This document shows, piece after piece, positions 9,995-23,058 of a stretch of DNA of 64,000 nt (its first letter is position 1; each line of letters begins with the position of its first letter). The notes below the pieces were generated by a model that did no database searches, had not been told where the DNA came from, and was given only the letters and a program-made list of their open reading frames with translations. The translations under genes and the position numbers were made by a program. Source of the DNA: Octopus bimaculoides (taxonomy: Eukaryota); assembly GCF_001194135.2 (NCBI RefSeq), contig NC_068981.1:109942147-110006146 (forward strand), read 5' to 3'.

Positions 9995-12930
9995 TATTGT
10001 ATGCATATATATAAAAATTCAAATTTAGGGACTGAAGCAAGTCAAATCCAGGCTACATATGTTTTCTAGCTTGGAGAACCTCAGAAATAGTAATTACTCA
10101 ATGAGGGGTATTCCACTAGCTACTCATCAGGCTGAAGATACCATAGTTAAATGAAGGTTACATTGTCATCAAAGGATCCTAAGTTAACTCACAGATTTGA
10201 TCAGAAATGAGTGGAAAGCTCAGAGTGAGAGAAGAGAAAAGAAAAGCATATGTGTGAAGAAATAATATATGGGAGTGGGTCTAAAGTTGTTAAGATTAAG
10301 AATAAAGACAAGGAAAGGTAGGGGGAAAATTTGGTAACATTGAAGCTGGCTGGTTTGGGGAAGGTCTTTGTGAATATAGGCTGGGGTCATTTATTATGTC
10401 AACTGTAAATAAATAAACAAATATATTGGGGCACCATGTATATACATTTTTACAAAGTCAAAGAAAGATAAAGGGAAAGAATGCCAGGAAGAGGAGAAAA
10501 AGAGAAAATTTAGGAGTGGTAGTAAGTTGGAATTTGTTGGGAGAAGAGAAGGAGGTGAGAGATAATATTTCTGGTCAATAGGAGCACATAGTGGTTCTAG
10601 GTAAGTTGGTAGTTTATCACTTAACTATACAAACACATATTAACACATGCACATGTATATTTTCTGTGTGCCTGTAGTACCTTGTAGGTGTGCATTTGTG
10701 CATAGGTACCTGCATATGCTCATATGCAGAAGGAAGGTGAACAGAGATCACAAGGTTAAGAAGAAATATAAAATATAAAAAAATATATAGCGGGAGTTAA
10801 AAAGTTGTTATAAATACATGGAAGTGAGGGCAGAGGAATAGTTAGGGAAAAGGTAAGGGGCTATTATTTGTACCTTGAGAATGTGTTGCATAACCAGTGT
10901 TTACAATTAAAAGTTAGATGGTTTCATTCATTCAGACAATAAGTGGGCTGCATAATAGAAAAGACTTCGGCAATGCACAGACCACATTTATTTTTACAAC
11001 CATTATATGGTTAGGTATGGGTAACTACGGATCTTTTTAAATTATATGATATTGAGTTATCTTTTAGGAGATGAATTAGCCGAGATAGAGAAGTGCTGTT
11101 AGTTCTTGCTTGGGATTTGAAGCTAGAATAGTGGTTACCCACTCTGACTTTGAAGGTGGTGCTGCACAAGGTGATGTATACATAATTAGAATTCTCAGTT
11201 GATACCGTACATTCATATACAATATTTTTTTGTGAGGCATCTATTATCTAAAGGATAGGAGGTGGGGCATCTACAGCTGCAAAAGTTTCTAGAAGGTGCT
11301 AAAGATGAATTTATGGGGTTATGGTTACCTAGGGTTAACCTGCTGTTATATTCATTGTCTGCTGCAGTGTTAGGATTGGTATTTTTTAGGGTGATGCAGG
11401 AGGATGTAGTTTATAATAGTTCTCATGTCTAATGATATTATTCCCACCACTCCTTATTTCGGTGGTGGGTATAGTGGAGTTGTAATAGAATTTGGGTAGG
11501 TGGTGTGAGGTGTGAGGGTCAGCATTGGTGAGGTTTAAGGATGTTCTAGGGTTATGGGGGGGGGGGACTGGAGGTTAGGGTGAGTTGTGTGACTGTGATT
11601 AAAGTTAACTAATTGCTGGTTCCCAAGTTTCTTATTGTTCAGATGTCAGATTATGCCAGCAATGTTAGTTGCAGTGGAGTAGGAAAATTTAATCAATGGT
11701 GGTGGTTTGAAGATTTTTCTAAGACAACTGGAAATGTTTCTAAAGTAGGGCAAAGAATGGCATAGGTACTCTGGTCTGAACATTAAGGGCAAAGGTGCGG
11801 GTGGAACCAGATAATGTGACATACCCTAGTTTGTTTATCTGATTTGTTTTCTAAGGTGCTCTATTTCGCAGTCACTAGAGTTCTGGATTGCAAACAGACC
11901 ACAAGAAATATCAGGGAGGAGACCATGGAGCAGGTAACAACCCACAAGGTTGGTAATTTGGGCTGAGTTGCCATCCCCTGTTGGGATGTCAAAATAGTTA
12001 GGGGTCGCCTTACGGGTCCAGAATCTCTCATTGAATTTTACAATGGTTCAACAGGCTGCCAGGATAACATCAATATCATCTTGAGTATGGTTTTAGAATG
12101 TTTCATTGCAGATATGAGGGCTTTGTTAAGTAGGGTAGGGGATATGCTGGAATAATAATGGTCTATATCTACCTAAATGAATTTATATATATATGTTTGG
12201 AGTTAAACCACTGAATGGCCTCAGTAGTGTTAGTCCATAGGTTTAGTGTAATCTTTGCATGAAGATGAGGTAGAATTCTATCTAATATAACTTTGTTAAT
12301 CCTACCTGTGTCAGAGTTTGAGGGGCAGATGAGGCAAACGGAAGGGTTCATGGCAAATTTTTCCTTATGGACCTTATTAACTTAAAAGTTAATATGTATT
12401 GGGCCTATTGGCCAGAAACATTATCTCCCATCTTCCTCTTTTCTAACAAATTCCAACTTACTACCACTCCTAAATTTTCTCTTTCTCTCTTCCTCCTGGC
12501 ATTCTTCTCCTTTATTTTTTAAATGTATATACAGGGTGCCCCAATATATATTCTATATATTTACTGTAGACATAGTAAATGGCCCCAGCCTATATTCCCC
12601 AAACCAGTTTCAATCTTACCAAATTTTTCCCCTCCCTCTCCTTTTCTTAACAACTTCAGACATTTGCTCACTCTCATATATTTCTTCACACAAATGCTTT
12701 TCTTTTTCTTCTTTCACTCTGTGCTTTCCACTCATTTTCGATCAAATTTGCGAGTTAACTTGGGATTCCTTAACGACAATGTAACTTTCATATAACTAAG
12801 GTATCATTGGCTTGTGGAGTACCCCACATTGAGTAATTACTACTTCCAAGGTTCTGCAACCTAGAAAACACATGTAGCCTGGATTTTACTTACCCCATTC
12901 CCTAAATTTGGATTTTTATTCACATACATA
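9995..12930 (-). mobile_element. Naiad/Chlamys-type Penelope-like retroelement, internally deleted, with inverted pLTR copies
   Basis: RT N-terminal part NPSVCLICPSNSDTGRINKVILDRI...LNLWTNTTEAIQWFN (12169-12351). Frameshifted FDIP.G.G.SAQITNLVGCYLL and thumb IIWF.P...KFSYSTATNI. GIY-YIG-like CRCPTSYPLDNRCLTK...VYECTV...YVYI.LCSTTFKVRVGNHYSSF...KCGLCIAE (10940-11280). About 10000-10600 is the inverted copy of about 12395-12930. Confidence 0.85.
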
Positions 12931-13557
12931 GCCATCCTAGCTGCTAACCGTGAACTGTAAAATATTTTTTTTCAGCTTATCGAACTTCGATATGGGAAAA
13001 ACTTATAACCTTCTACACCAATAAACCATTATTGTTCTGAAAGTCATTTTTTACACCTTCTATGGACTGCTCAAAGCTTAATAACTTCCTATACCTGGAT
13101 CCTTGGGTCTTACCTTTACACACACACACACAAATTGAAGAAGTGTAACAGGTAAAATGTATGTTACATGTTTCTTAACTAGCAGAAGCTCATGATGAAA
13201 TTGTTATGCAATGAACTGTACTCGAAGCAGCTAACATCAGGCGGAGATTCCCTTACTGAAGATTACATAGTTGCATGGAATTTCTAAGTCAGCCACAACA
13301 CAATGGTGAGTTCAACTGAACAGAAAAGCTAGTAATAAAAAATAAAAAAACAAATAAAAATCAAGAAAGTAAGTTTAGAGAACTCTAAACATATTTGATC
13401 TTTCGATTTTTAAAAAATGTTTTGTTTTTTATTTTAGCTTATCAAATTTCTTTACAACTTCAATATGGGAAAAAGTGTGTAACTCTTGATGCCAATAAAT
13501 TGTTATTGAATGCCATTGTAAATTCTCTACTTGTTCTCAGATCCCTGGATTGTGTGT

Positions 13558-13587
<30 letters not shown>

Positions 13588-13588
<1 letters not shown>

Positions 13589-14630
13589 AGTAGAAAAGAA
13601 AATGGAGAAATTGACATATAGACATCAATTTATTAGAACATAATATAATTCTGAACAATATCAAATTCAATCTCACCTACAATTGTTTCCATGCCCAATT
13701 ACTTCAATTTGAGAAATTAAATTAAATAAAATTCAATTTCCATATCAAACTCTGTTAATTGGGTATATCTAGGTATCTTGGGAACCTGTGATTAATATAT
13801 TTTGAAAATAATTTGTAATATTAAGTTAAAGATACTATGTATTAATGCAATAATGGTTTTAATTTTATTGACTTCATTTATTTGGATCTGTTAACATTAG
13901 TGCTTTCCTCAATAAAACTCGTTCACACTGTTATGTAAACAGATATATTGTGCACAAATATTGATGACGTAATATTCAGCTATGGTAATTAGTAAGCAGT
14001 TTTGATTTGTCATCATCTAGTAGCTTTCAATGCATCAACTAATGCACGCACAAATACAGGAAGATATTGCATATACGAAATTATGTTTAAAAGAAAAAAA
14101 ATAATAATTCATTATTTAACTGCAATTTCTAGATTGCAACTGGGTGACTTATAAATTACTTAAGTGATTAAATACTTTAATGATATTTCGATCTATCATA
14201 AGTAATAATGTAAATTATGAATAATGTCTTATTTATCTTCTTGTTTAAAATAATCGTATTGAAATATCTTTAAAGCTAACTAACAGATAATTTGCTTCTG
14301 TTTTTTTTTCCCAACACATTACACATGAATGTGCACAAATGCATTTAGAAATTTGCATTTACATATACATAAGTAACAGTTTTTTAAATACATTGTTTGC
14401 TGAAATGCACATATCCGATTCTACCAAGAGTCAAACAACACATCAGAATGTAGCTCCTTTGTGTCAAATTCTTCCCCTGAAGAAATACTCAATTAACAAT
14501 ATTCGATACAGAAATTTAATTGTAGGTAAAATTGAGTTTGATATTGTTCAGAATTGTATTATGCTCAAATAAATTTATGTCTATATGCCAATTTCTCCAT
14601 TTTAATTTTTACTAAAACATAAAAAGATAG
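13588..14630. mobile_element. Non-autonomous DNA element with long (~100-150 bp) terminal inverted repeats
   Basis: aaaatggagaaattgacatatagacatcaatttatt...ctgaacaatatcaaattcaat (from ~13600) pairs with attgagtttgatattgttcag...aaatttatgtctatatgccaatttctccatttt (to ~14605). No coding interior recognised. Confidence 0.7.
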
Positions 14631-14760
14631 TATACCTAGATCTATCAATGTGAAGCTGACATTTTTGGTTTCTCACTGATACACTGGATAAAAGTGGGGA
14701 ACTTAGAAGCTAACATCCCTTTAAGAGGATTTATATCCTTGATTTCATTTTATATATATA

Positions 14761-15030
14761 TCTATTATATAAAAATCAATGTCTGTGTGTTTGTGTGTTA
14801 CTTGAAAAACTACTCGACCAATCCTAATGAAATTTGGAACACAAAATCCAAGCCTAGAGAGAAGGGTAATGCTGTACAATTTTGAGGGGGCATAAAGGGC
14901 GGGCAGAACTCCCTGTGAAAATTCATATGCTTCAGATTTTGATGAAATTTGAACCATAGGTATTAGAAATAAATTAAATAATATACCCAAAATTTCCAGT
15001 TTTTGGGATGATTCTAATGATGGTTGGTGA
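14761..15030 (+). mobile_element. Non-autonomous Helitron-like 5' portion
   Basis: Starts with TCTATTATATAAAA after an A, followed by gtctgtgtgtttgtgtg and two copies of ...atgaaatttg(g/a)a(a/c)c, a layout typical of Helitron-N/DINE-like ends. Confidence 0.5.
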
Positions 15031-15499
15031 CACAAAGGACAAGCAACTGTAGAAAATCTGACAAAACAAATTCTCTCTGATCCATGCAAGCATGGAAAAG
15101 TGGATGTTAAATTATGATGATGATAATGATGTTAGTTTGAGATCCCATATGAAATATAGTCTTTACGTACGAAAATACATATATTTGTAAAACATATAGA
15201 ACACATTACTAAACATGACTTACATATCGCTTCATTGAGTGCTTTTAGTGAGCATGGTTGAAATGACACATCCTTGGTAGTTTTTACAATATATACAGCT
15301 TAATGCTTAATTAAGCAGATATTTGATTGCAACATTTTTTGCAAAGAAATTCTTTCCAATCACTTCTTTGTATGTACAGATTATTCTTTTTTCTCACATA
15401 CATACATGTATATATATCAACATTTTGATCTGTTTTTTCTTGCTTGCTTGGGTCTGACTACACATGCACATTTGAAAAATAGAAGGGAAAATAGGAATA

Positions 15500-15770
15500 A
15501 AATGAATTTAATCCAGCTCCCTCAATTCTGAGTTCAAATCCCACCAGGATCAATTTTGCTTTCACTGTTGATAAAAAAAAATATCAATTTGAAGCAGTTG
15601 ATTGATGAAACTGTATGTCAAACCAGATGCCTTTGTAGTGTTTATTCTGGCACTTTGTGCTGTGAGTTCAAATTCTGCAATGGCCTATTTTGAGGGTAGA
15701 CTAATCTATCACCTAATTTAACCCCGCCACTTTGCCCCTTCGTTGCCTTTAGAAGAATCCATTATGTTAT
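15500..15770 (+). mobile_element. Degenerate SINE pieces
   Basis: B-box-like tctgagttcaaatccc and tgtgagttcaaattc motifs, each followed by SINE body remnants. Confidence 0.55.
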
Positions 15771-18229
15771 AAGCAAACTGGACTGGTCTCATGTTTGAGA
15801 GTACTGTGTTGCCTCCTCCTACAAGTCTCAGAGTCCCTGCAAAAATTCATGCCTTCTCTTCTGACTAAAAAATATGAAAAACAATATACCTGTTTAGAAG
15901 ACAGCAGTTTGAATTATATAGAATGTCAAAAATATTTAGTCATAAAGATTGCTATTATAGCTTTGGAAAATATAAACTAGATAGATCTGGAATGGTTAGG
16001 CACACAGTAGAGAGAATTCTGAATAAACGATAGTAGTTACTATGTGCTTCAAATATCTGATAAGGTAAATATAAATATATTTTTTTTAAATCTTAACAAG
16101 AACACTCCTGCCATAGGACAAATATGAAACTGTTACTGTAGTGTATGCTGCACTTACATTTAAGATGTAATCAATCAATAACCAAAATCAACAGGATGGA
16201 CTGTTCCATTCTTGAGACAGTAAACTCATTATTTTAAGAAGAACTTTAGCATGACTGATTATGTATGATAATATAAATCTATTGTAGCCAGTAATATTAG
16301 TTCACATACTAAGAAGAAAGTTCTTTTTTGAGTAGATACAGAAACCTATCATGAAAGTCAATAAAAAGAAAGAGTCTAATGACAGGATAAGCAGAGATTT
16401 CTCTCTTTTTTTAAAGAAAAACTCTGTAGCCAACTTTATAAATGGAAGCAATATTAATTTAAAGCAATGTTTAAAATTTCTACATATGTATTAATGAAGT
16501 TATTACATAAAAGTAATACATTCGATTTAAGATAACAATTGAATAACCCTGTTAAATGTTCGAACTAAAATGTCAAGAAGAACATTAGAATCATGATAGC
16601 AATTCTTTTCTTCAAACTTCTGCAATATTCCTGAAAGACACTTGTCTGGAAATTGACAATGTATTTGATTTAAGAGGCATGGGGGGGAGGGGCTGGAGAA
16701 AGAGATCAGAGCTCATACTTAAGGCTTTTAACTGCATTATTCAAGTAAAAACCTGCAAAATGGAAATGGTTTAACATAACTGAGACAGGTTGTAACATCT
16801 ATCAAATACATTAATTTCATGAGAATTGATTTATTTGAATTTTCTCATATAAGTGTCTTCTCTCAGAAAATCAAATATGCAAAATTGACTTCTAACCAAT
16901 TATTACTTTCCCAAAAAGCTTGCACTTAGAAGAATCTAAAACTAAAGTGATATCCCTTTGAAATGGAAAAGATACAAATTATATACTACCACATTAATAA
17001 AATTCTAAGGAAGAGAGTTTTCTTTCTTTTTCTTTTCTAATTAGGAATTTCTCATGCTGCTTATCCTCAGAGTACAATACAACAGTGAACCTTTGGGCTT
17101 CTCTATTTAGATAAGCCTAAAGTCTCAGTTCCTGATATTACTCCTTATAGTCTATTTTCCTCAGTTACAGGGCCTATCCCTTAGCTTGTACAGCCATATA
17201 CACTGTTCAGTTTTAACACCATATTGTCAAATGAGATGCTGTTCTACTGAGAACACTTAACACTAATTTTATAGAAGAATGTCACTATTCCTTCTCCACA
17301 TTAAGAAAGGTATCATTTAGTGTTGAAAGAAAGTCTTGCCTAACAATAAAATCTCTTCCATAATTCCTTCTTCCTATACATTTTTGCTTCCCAATCTGCT
17401 AATCCTCAGCCAATAATACTTAATGAAGAGTATACTACTCACTGCTGTCTGCCTATCTCATCTTCAACATCTTACCCTGATGAAGTACACAATTCATTTC
17501 TTATCACAACTATAGCTTGTATGTATTTGTTTTAATCTTTTCAGACACTGGTAGGTTGCATGAAGCCTTTAAAAAAACTGCTCCCTTTGCCTGCCAATTA
17601 AACCTACTGCAAATAGGGGACAAGAATGCTGTCATATGTCTTATCACTAGTCCTTGCTTTAATTATTTTATCACTTACACAATTCTATTTTCGTGTGCAT
17701 AAAACAATGCTCCCCATTCAACTATTTTCAAACAATTTCAAGGAAATAACTTTATCTCAACCTGTTTCTTAAAATGATCTTGACCACATCTTCTAATGGC
17801 CATTTCAGCTTTGGATGTTCTAAGTACTAACGTGATCCCCACCTAATTCTCTTACTTTTCTCGTCTCTGTGATCATTATCATCATCATCATTTAACATCT
17901 GTTGTCCATGCTAGCAAGGGTTGGACAGTTGCACCAGGTTGACTATTTTGTACTCTACCAACACTGACCTATTTATGTGGTTAGCTGGGGAAAAATTAAC
18001 ATGCATTAAAGTACAATCTTATATTTTGGTTTTATAATGGCCAGAATACAAAGAGCAGAGTGAATGCTTATAACACTGCAGAACTGGTATTGTAGTTTTA
18101 GCAAGGAATACAAATAAGACTTAATATAAGGCAATTTTCAAATGAGAACTGAAATGTAACATGCTATTTCATTGTACTTCCTACATGATTAGAATGTAAC
18201 TTCCTTATAAAGTCTCAACACTTCTGAAT

Positions 18230-19250
18230 GACAGTTAACATGAATATATAGTTCATTAATTTGGGAATGTCCCTTTAATTTTTTGTCCTTCATGTCATCA
18301 TTGAAAGATCTCAGAGGTTCTGCAAAGATTGCCACCACTACACCGCTTTTGTCAATCCCAAGGTGGCTTTTGACACAATCGACCATGCAACATGCTGGAA
18401 AATTCTCAAGCTCATCAGTGTGCCTCCCAAGATCACAGCCCAATTCCTATGGCTCTATAGCAGTTCCAAGAGCTGCACGTTGGTGAATGGGAGGGACTCT
18501 GACTGGTTCCCCAGTAACAGTAGGCTCAGACAAGGCTGTGTGTGGTCACCCCCAACCTCTTCAAATATGTCATCAATTATCTGATGACAAAGGTCTGTGA
18601 GTAAGTCTCTGGTGTTACCTTTGGGAACTACCACCTTACCTACCTGGAAAGAATCAGCAAAGCTTGGCCTTTAGGTGAGCTGGGCGAAGACCAAGCTGAT
18701 GCATGTTGAAGATGGTCCGGACTCTCCATCTCTCCATATTGGCTTCGATTTTGTCTGGCTGCTAAGATCATGTACTTCATAAAGCCTCTTTGGCACCACT
18801 GCTCTATCTCCATATTTACAATGCATTGGTCCTATCCATTCTTCTCTATTGAGCAGAAATGGGGACCCTTTTGAAGACCCTGGCAAAGAGGATTGACAGC
18901 TTCAACAGCTTGAGAACCACCGAGAACATTAGATAATACCATCACATTTCTAACAAACAACTGCATGTGCGCATGCACCAGCCAGCAACCTCCCACCTCA
19001 TAGTTATCTGTTGTATGAACTGGTACAGACATGTCTTCAGTCTCCTGCTAGATTATCCTACCAGGGCTTTACTTTCACTAGATGCAGCAGTTGCAAGAAC
19101 CCTCATGGCAGGCTCTGCACCAGATGGCTGGATGTGACTGGGGAAGATCTCCAAAGGTTCAACATTACCTTGGAGGATCTAGAATCGCTGGCACAGGACC
19201 ACCAGCAATGGGGAGTTCTACACATGATGATGTCTCTGGGACCACTATCC
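18230..19250 (+). mobile_element. Decayed RTE-like LINE, RT domain to 3' end
   Basis: AFDTIDHATCWKILKLI.VPPKI...LY...KSC..VNG..SDWF....LRQGCV..P (18363-18584) has RT motifs. LEDLESLAQDHQQW is typical of an RTE ORF end. Confidence 0.8.
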
Positions 19251-19464
19251 CACAACTTATCTCATACTATTACTCTATTCATATTGCCCAAATACAACAA
19301 GTTCCACAAGGAAACAGTATCAAGAATACTACTATAATCATCAAGCTATATGTATCAGCTGCACTATTTTATACTTGATTTTAACTGAAAAACTTTAGTG
19401 CAACTTACATACAAGGAAAAGCTAAATCTATGATGGGTAAAAATTTTGTACCAATATTTAACAC

Positions 19465-20610
19465 TAGATTCAGCTACCAAGGTGACCAAGTCTGTAGTGG
19501 GGGTGGATGCTTGGAGAGCATTGCCACTAGAATAAGAATAGCCCGTGCAAAGTTCAGAAAGCTCCTATCTCTACTGGTAACAAAGGGCCTCTCGCTCAGA
19601 GAGAAAGGTAGATTGTATGACGCATGTGTGCAAACTGCCATGCTACGCGGCAATGAAACATGGGCTGTGACCGCTGAAGACATGCATAAGCTCGAAAGAA
19701 ATGAAGCTAGTATGATCCGCTGGATGTGTAGTGTCAGTGCGCACACACGACATAGTGTAAGCGTTCTGAGAGAAATGGTGGACATAAGAAGCATCAGATA
19801 TGGTGTGTAAGAGAGACGGCTGCGCTAGTATGGTCATGTGTTATGCATGGATGAGGAGAGCTGTGTGAAGAAGTGTCACTCCCTAACAGTGGAAGAGGGA
19901 GACCCAGGAAGGTGGTGAAGCATGACCTTCGAACGTTGGGCTTCACAGAGGCAATGACAAAAGACCAAGACCTCTGGAGATATGCTGTGATTGAGAAGAC
20001 CCAGCAAGTAAAGTGAGATCACAGTTGCAGCCTATACCAGTGTCGCATAACCAGACCATTTAAAAAGTACTTTTGAATTGTCGAGTGACATGCTGTGCTT
20101 GAGGAGACCTATTGAGTCAAGTCTATTGAGTCAAGTAAAATCAGAATCAAATCAAATTGCAATCAAATGGAAATTGTAGTTGTGGCCAATGCCAGTGCTA
20201 CCTAACTGAGTCCCACGCTGGTGGCACACAATAAACACCATTTATGCATGGGTTGTTGCCAGTTCCACCTGACTGGCTCCCTGTGCTGGTGGCACATAAA
20301 AAGCACCGTCTGAACACGGTCAATGCCAGTAACGTCTGGGTCCTGTGCTGTTAGCACGTAAAAAGCACCAACTGAACGTGGCTGATGTCAGTGCTGCCTG
20401 ACTGGCTCCCATGCTGGTGGCACGTAAAAAGCACCCAGTACACTCTTGGAGTGGTTGGCGTTAGGAAGGGCATCCAGCTGTAGAAACATTGCCAAATCAG
20501 ATTGGAGCCTGGTGCGGCCTCCTGGCTTGCCAGTCTCCAGTCAAACCATCCAACCCATACCAGCATGGAAAACAGATGTTAAACAATGATGATGATGATG
20601 ATGATGAGAT
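19465..20610 (+). mobile_element. 5'-truncated RTE LINE (same family as 2685-4385) with a four-unit VNTR and (GAT)n tail
   Basis: ORF 19430-19810 (RIRIARAKFRKLLSLLVTKGLSLREKGRLYDACVQTAML). Four ~65-bp units lie at 20190-20441 and the tail at 20585-20608. Confidence 0.9.
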
Positions 20611-21463
20611 TAGCAGTATGGCTTAGTAAATATGGTACATTGTAATATACCCATTCAACAAAATTACATCCTAAAAACATCCCATAAAGCAACATGGTCA
20701 AATACCACTCTCAAAATACACAGGAAACAGCCAAATGTGTATTGCAAAAAAAAAAAAAAAAACTGTAACAACCTCAAACACAGCCTGACAACATTGCTCA
20801 AAACAGAAATAAACCTCAGCATCAAACAATTAAACAAGGAAATAACAAAAGATAAAAAATTAAATCACAGAAAAATAAGACTCTGGAACATGGCAACCTA
20901 GTTTCATTCAACGAGATTAAAACAGTTACTATACATATTTCAATGAAATGTGTTGCAAGACAATGCTCTCCCTAATCATTAACACAAAAATAATGAGAAT
21001 AAGCAACCATACTCATAAAAATTATAGACCAGTAGTTCTTCTGACTGGTAAACATTCACCTGCTCACACATTACAATGGCTAGACTTCATAAAAATGATA
21101 CCACTTTTTGATTCTGTGCAATTCCAATGAAACCAACTTGAGGAGCAGTATCTCACCCTTGTCAGGCATTCACACACACCAATTTTCTTAATCAGTTTTC
21201 CATAGAACTGCAACGTACTGAAATCATGACAGCATGCTCACATCGACCACACAACTATTGACAATCAGAAGTTGAAGCAACAAATCATCAATTTCAAAAA
21301 CGTCTGAGAGCTTGCTAAGGTTGCGAGTGAAAGTTAAATAAGATAGCAGTCACAACAAAAGGAGACAAAAACTTGTAAAAGTTAGGTTAAAATCCAATGT
21401 TTATATTATACTGTTCTTGCATACAATTCATGATCGCATAATAGATTCATAGCTTTATATATA

Positions 21464-21587
21464 CAGGGTGATTCAAAAGTCACCATACATAAGAACAATT
21501 TATTTTTTTATATGAAAGTTTTTATTTTATTTAACTGTTTCTTATAAAAAAATTAATTTTTCCTATGTATGGTGACTTTTGAATCAT

Positions 21588-21591
<4 letters not shown>
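21464..21591. mobile_element. 128-bp Tc1/mariner-type MITE
   Basis: TA|cagggtgattcaaaagtcaccatacata ... tatgtatggtgacttttgaatcatccta|TA: ~28-bp TIRs with two mismatches and TA flanks. Confidence 0.85.
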
Positions 21592-21638
<47 letters not shown>

Positions 21639-22800
21639 TTAAACAAGAATACTGTTGACAATGACTTTGAAGTTTTGGCCAGTTAAGGCATTGTCTGATG
21701 ATGGCTTAACAGGCCGACAATATTCTTGTTTAACAATAAACTTGTACTTTACAAAAGTATAGATTAATGTAAAATTGTTTTTATAACATAGAAACATGCA
21801 CACACAGTGAAACTTCTTTGAGAACCAAAAACTGTTTTCAAAACAATGTAAGAAAAAACAGGAGGTTACTAAATCAATGATTAAAAAAGCCTCACAGATC
21901 ACATGGATAAAACTGCTCTCATCAATCATTAGGTGTCTAAAACAGATACTGGCTTTATTTAGATACCATGAGTGTAAACACAGTCATCAATCATTAATTG
22001 GCTTCAATAGATACAGGATCAGTTTAGAAAGAAATCATGCATGTAAATGCATTACCCTAATGCTAAAAATAACTAATTCTAGATCTAACAAGGAAGATAA
22101 ACAAATATGCTTATAATATTAATATTTTCAAAAATAATAGCACTCTCACTGAACCGTCACTAGGTGTTGGATGTTCTCCCCAATTATTCTAAGTTGTTAT
22201 AACAGGATTTAGAAAAAAGCAGTTAGCTTTTGAAAAGTGTAAAATTCTAGAATAACATTGCAATAAATGAGTTATGAGGTGCCTCAGTGACCTGATTTTC
22301 CATATAGGGAGACAGTAAAGCTCAGTGGGTTGAAACAATAATACACACAGTAGATATACAAGAATTCATCACAGAGTTTCATATTGGGGGAAAAAAAAGT
22401 TTAATAGTGACACATACACACACAAGTGGACTGATGAAATTAAAGAATATTGGTTGAGACGCTTTGCAGTATCTTAGTATCTGTTCTGGTTAATTGCGTT
22501 CTGTACTGAAATTGTCACGCCTACTGCAGTCAATTGTATGATTACTGTCAAATGCTGGCATCAGGTTCACCCTTGTCATTATCATTTAATGTCCATGTTC
22601 CATGCTAGCATGGGTTGCACAGTTAAGACAGTATCCGATGGGTGTGCTCCAATATCTGCTTTATTATGGCTTCCATGACTGGATGAACTTCTGAATGCCA
22701 ACCATTTTACACAGACTACTGGCTGCTTTATCATGGCACTGGCACAAGTGAGGTTGATTAAAGTGAGAGAGAAAGGGGCCAGAACAGAACAGATTCCTTA

Positions 22801-23058
22801 CATTGGTTCTCAACCAATCTTAACCTATGGACCCCTTCGATTCCTATTTTATTTGGATGGACCCTCATGGCCATTCAATGTTTAAAAAATCCTATTATAC
22901 TTTTATAATTAAATATTATAACAGGAATTGTATTAAAAAAAATTGTTAAAATATTCTGTGTATTGTAGAAATATAATCAGTTTCTTGCACATAAATTTTA
23001 ACAACAAAATCTCATGTGGACTACCAAAGGTCATATGGACCTTAGTTGAGAACCACAA
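22801..23058. mobile_element. hAT-like MITE
   Basis: Termini cattggttctcaac / gttgagaaccac. A partial second copy at 58330-58426 ends in an intact gttgagaaccactg. Confidence 0.7.

Noticed and set aside
10940-11280. Possible selenocysteine-coding Naiad
   Set aside because: Some Naiads are known to encode Sec, but the readable Cys positions here (CRC, RCL, ECT, KCGLC) are ordinary TGY codons. I saw no convincing in-frame UGA at a conserved Cys and no SECIS.
15790-15870. Minus-strand exon candidate with a strong-looking acceptor
   Set aside because: There is no good donor in the open frame, and the plus strand resembles a CR1-like LINE 3' end.
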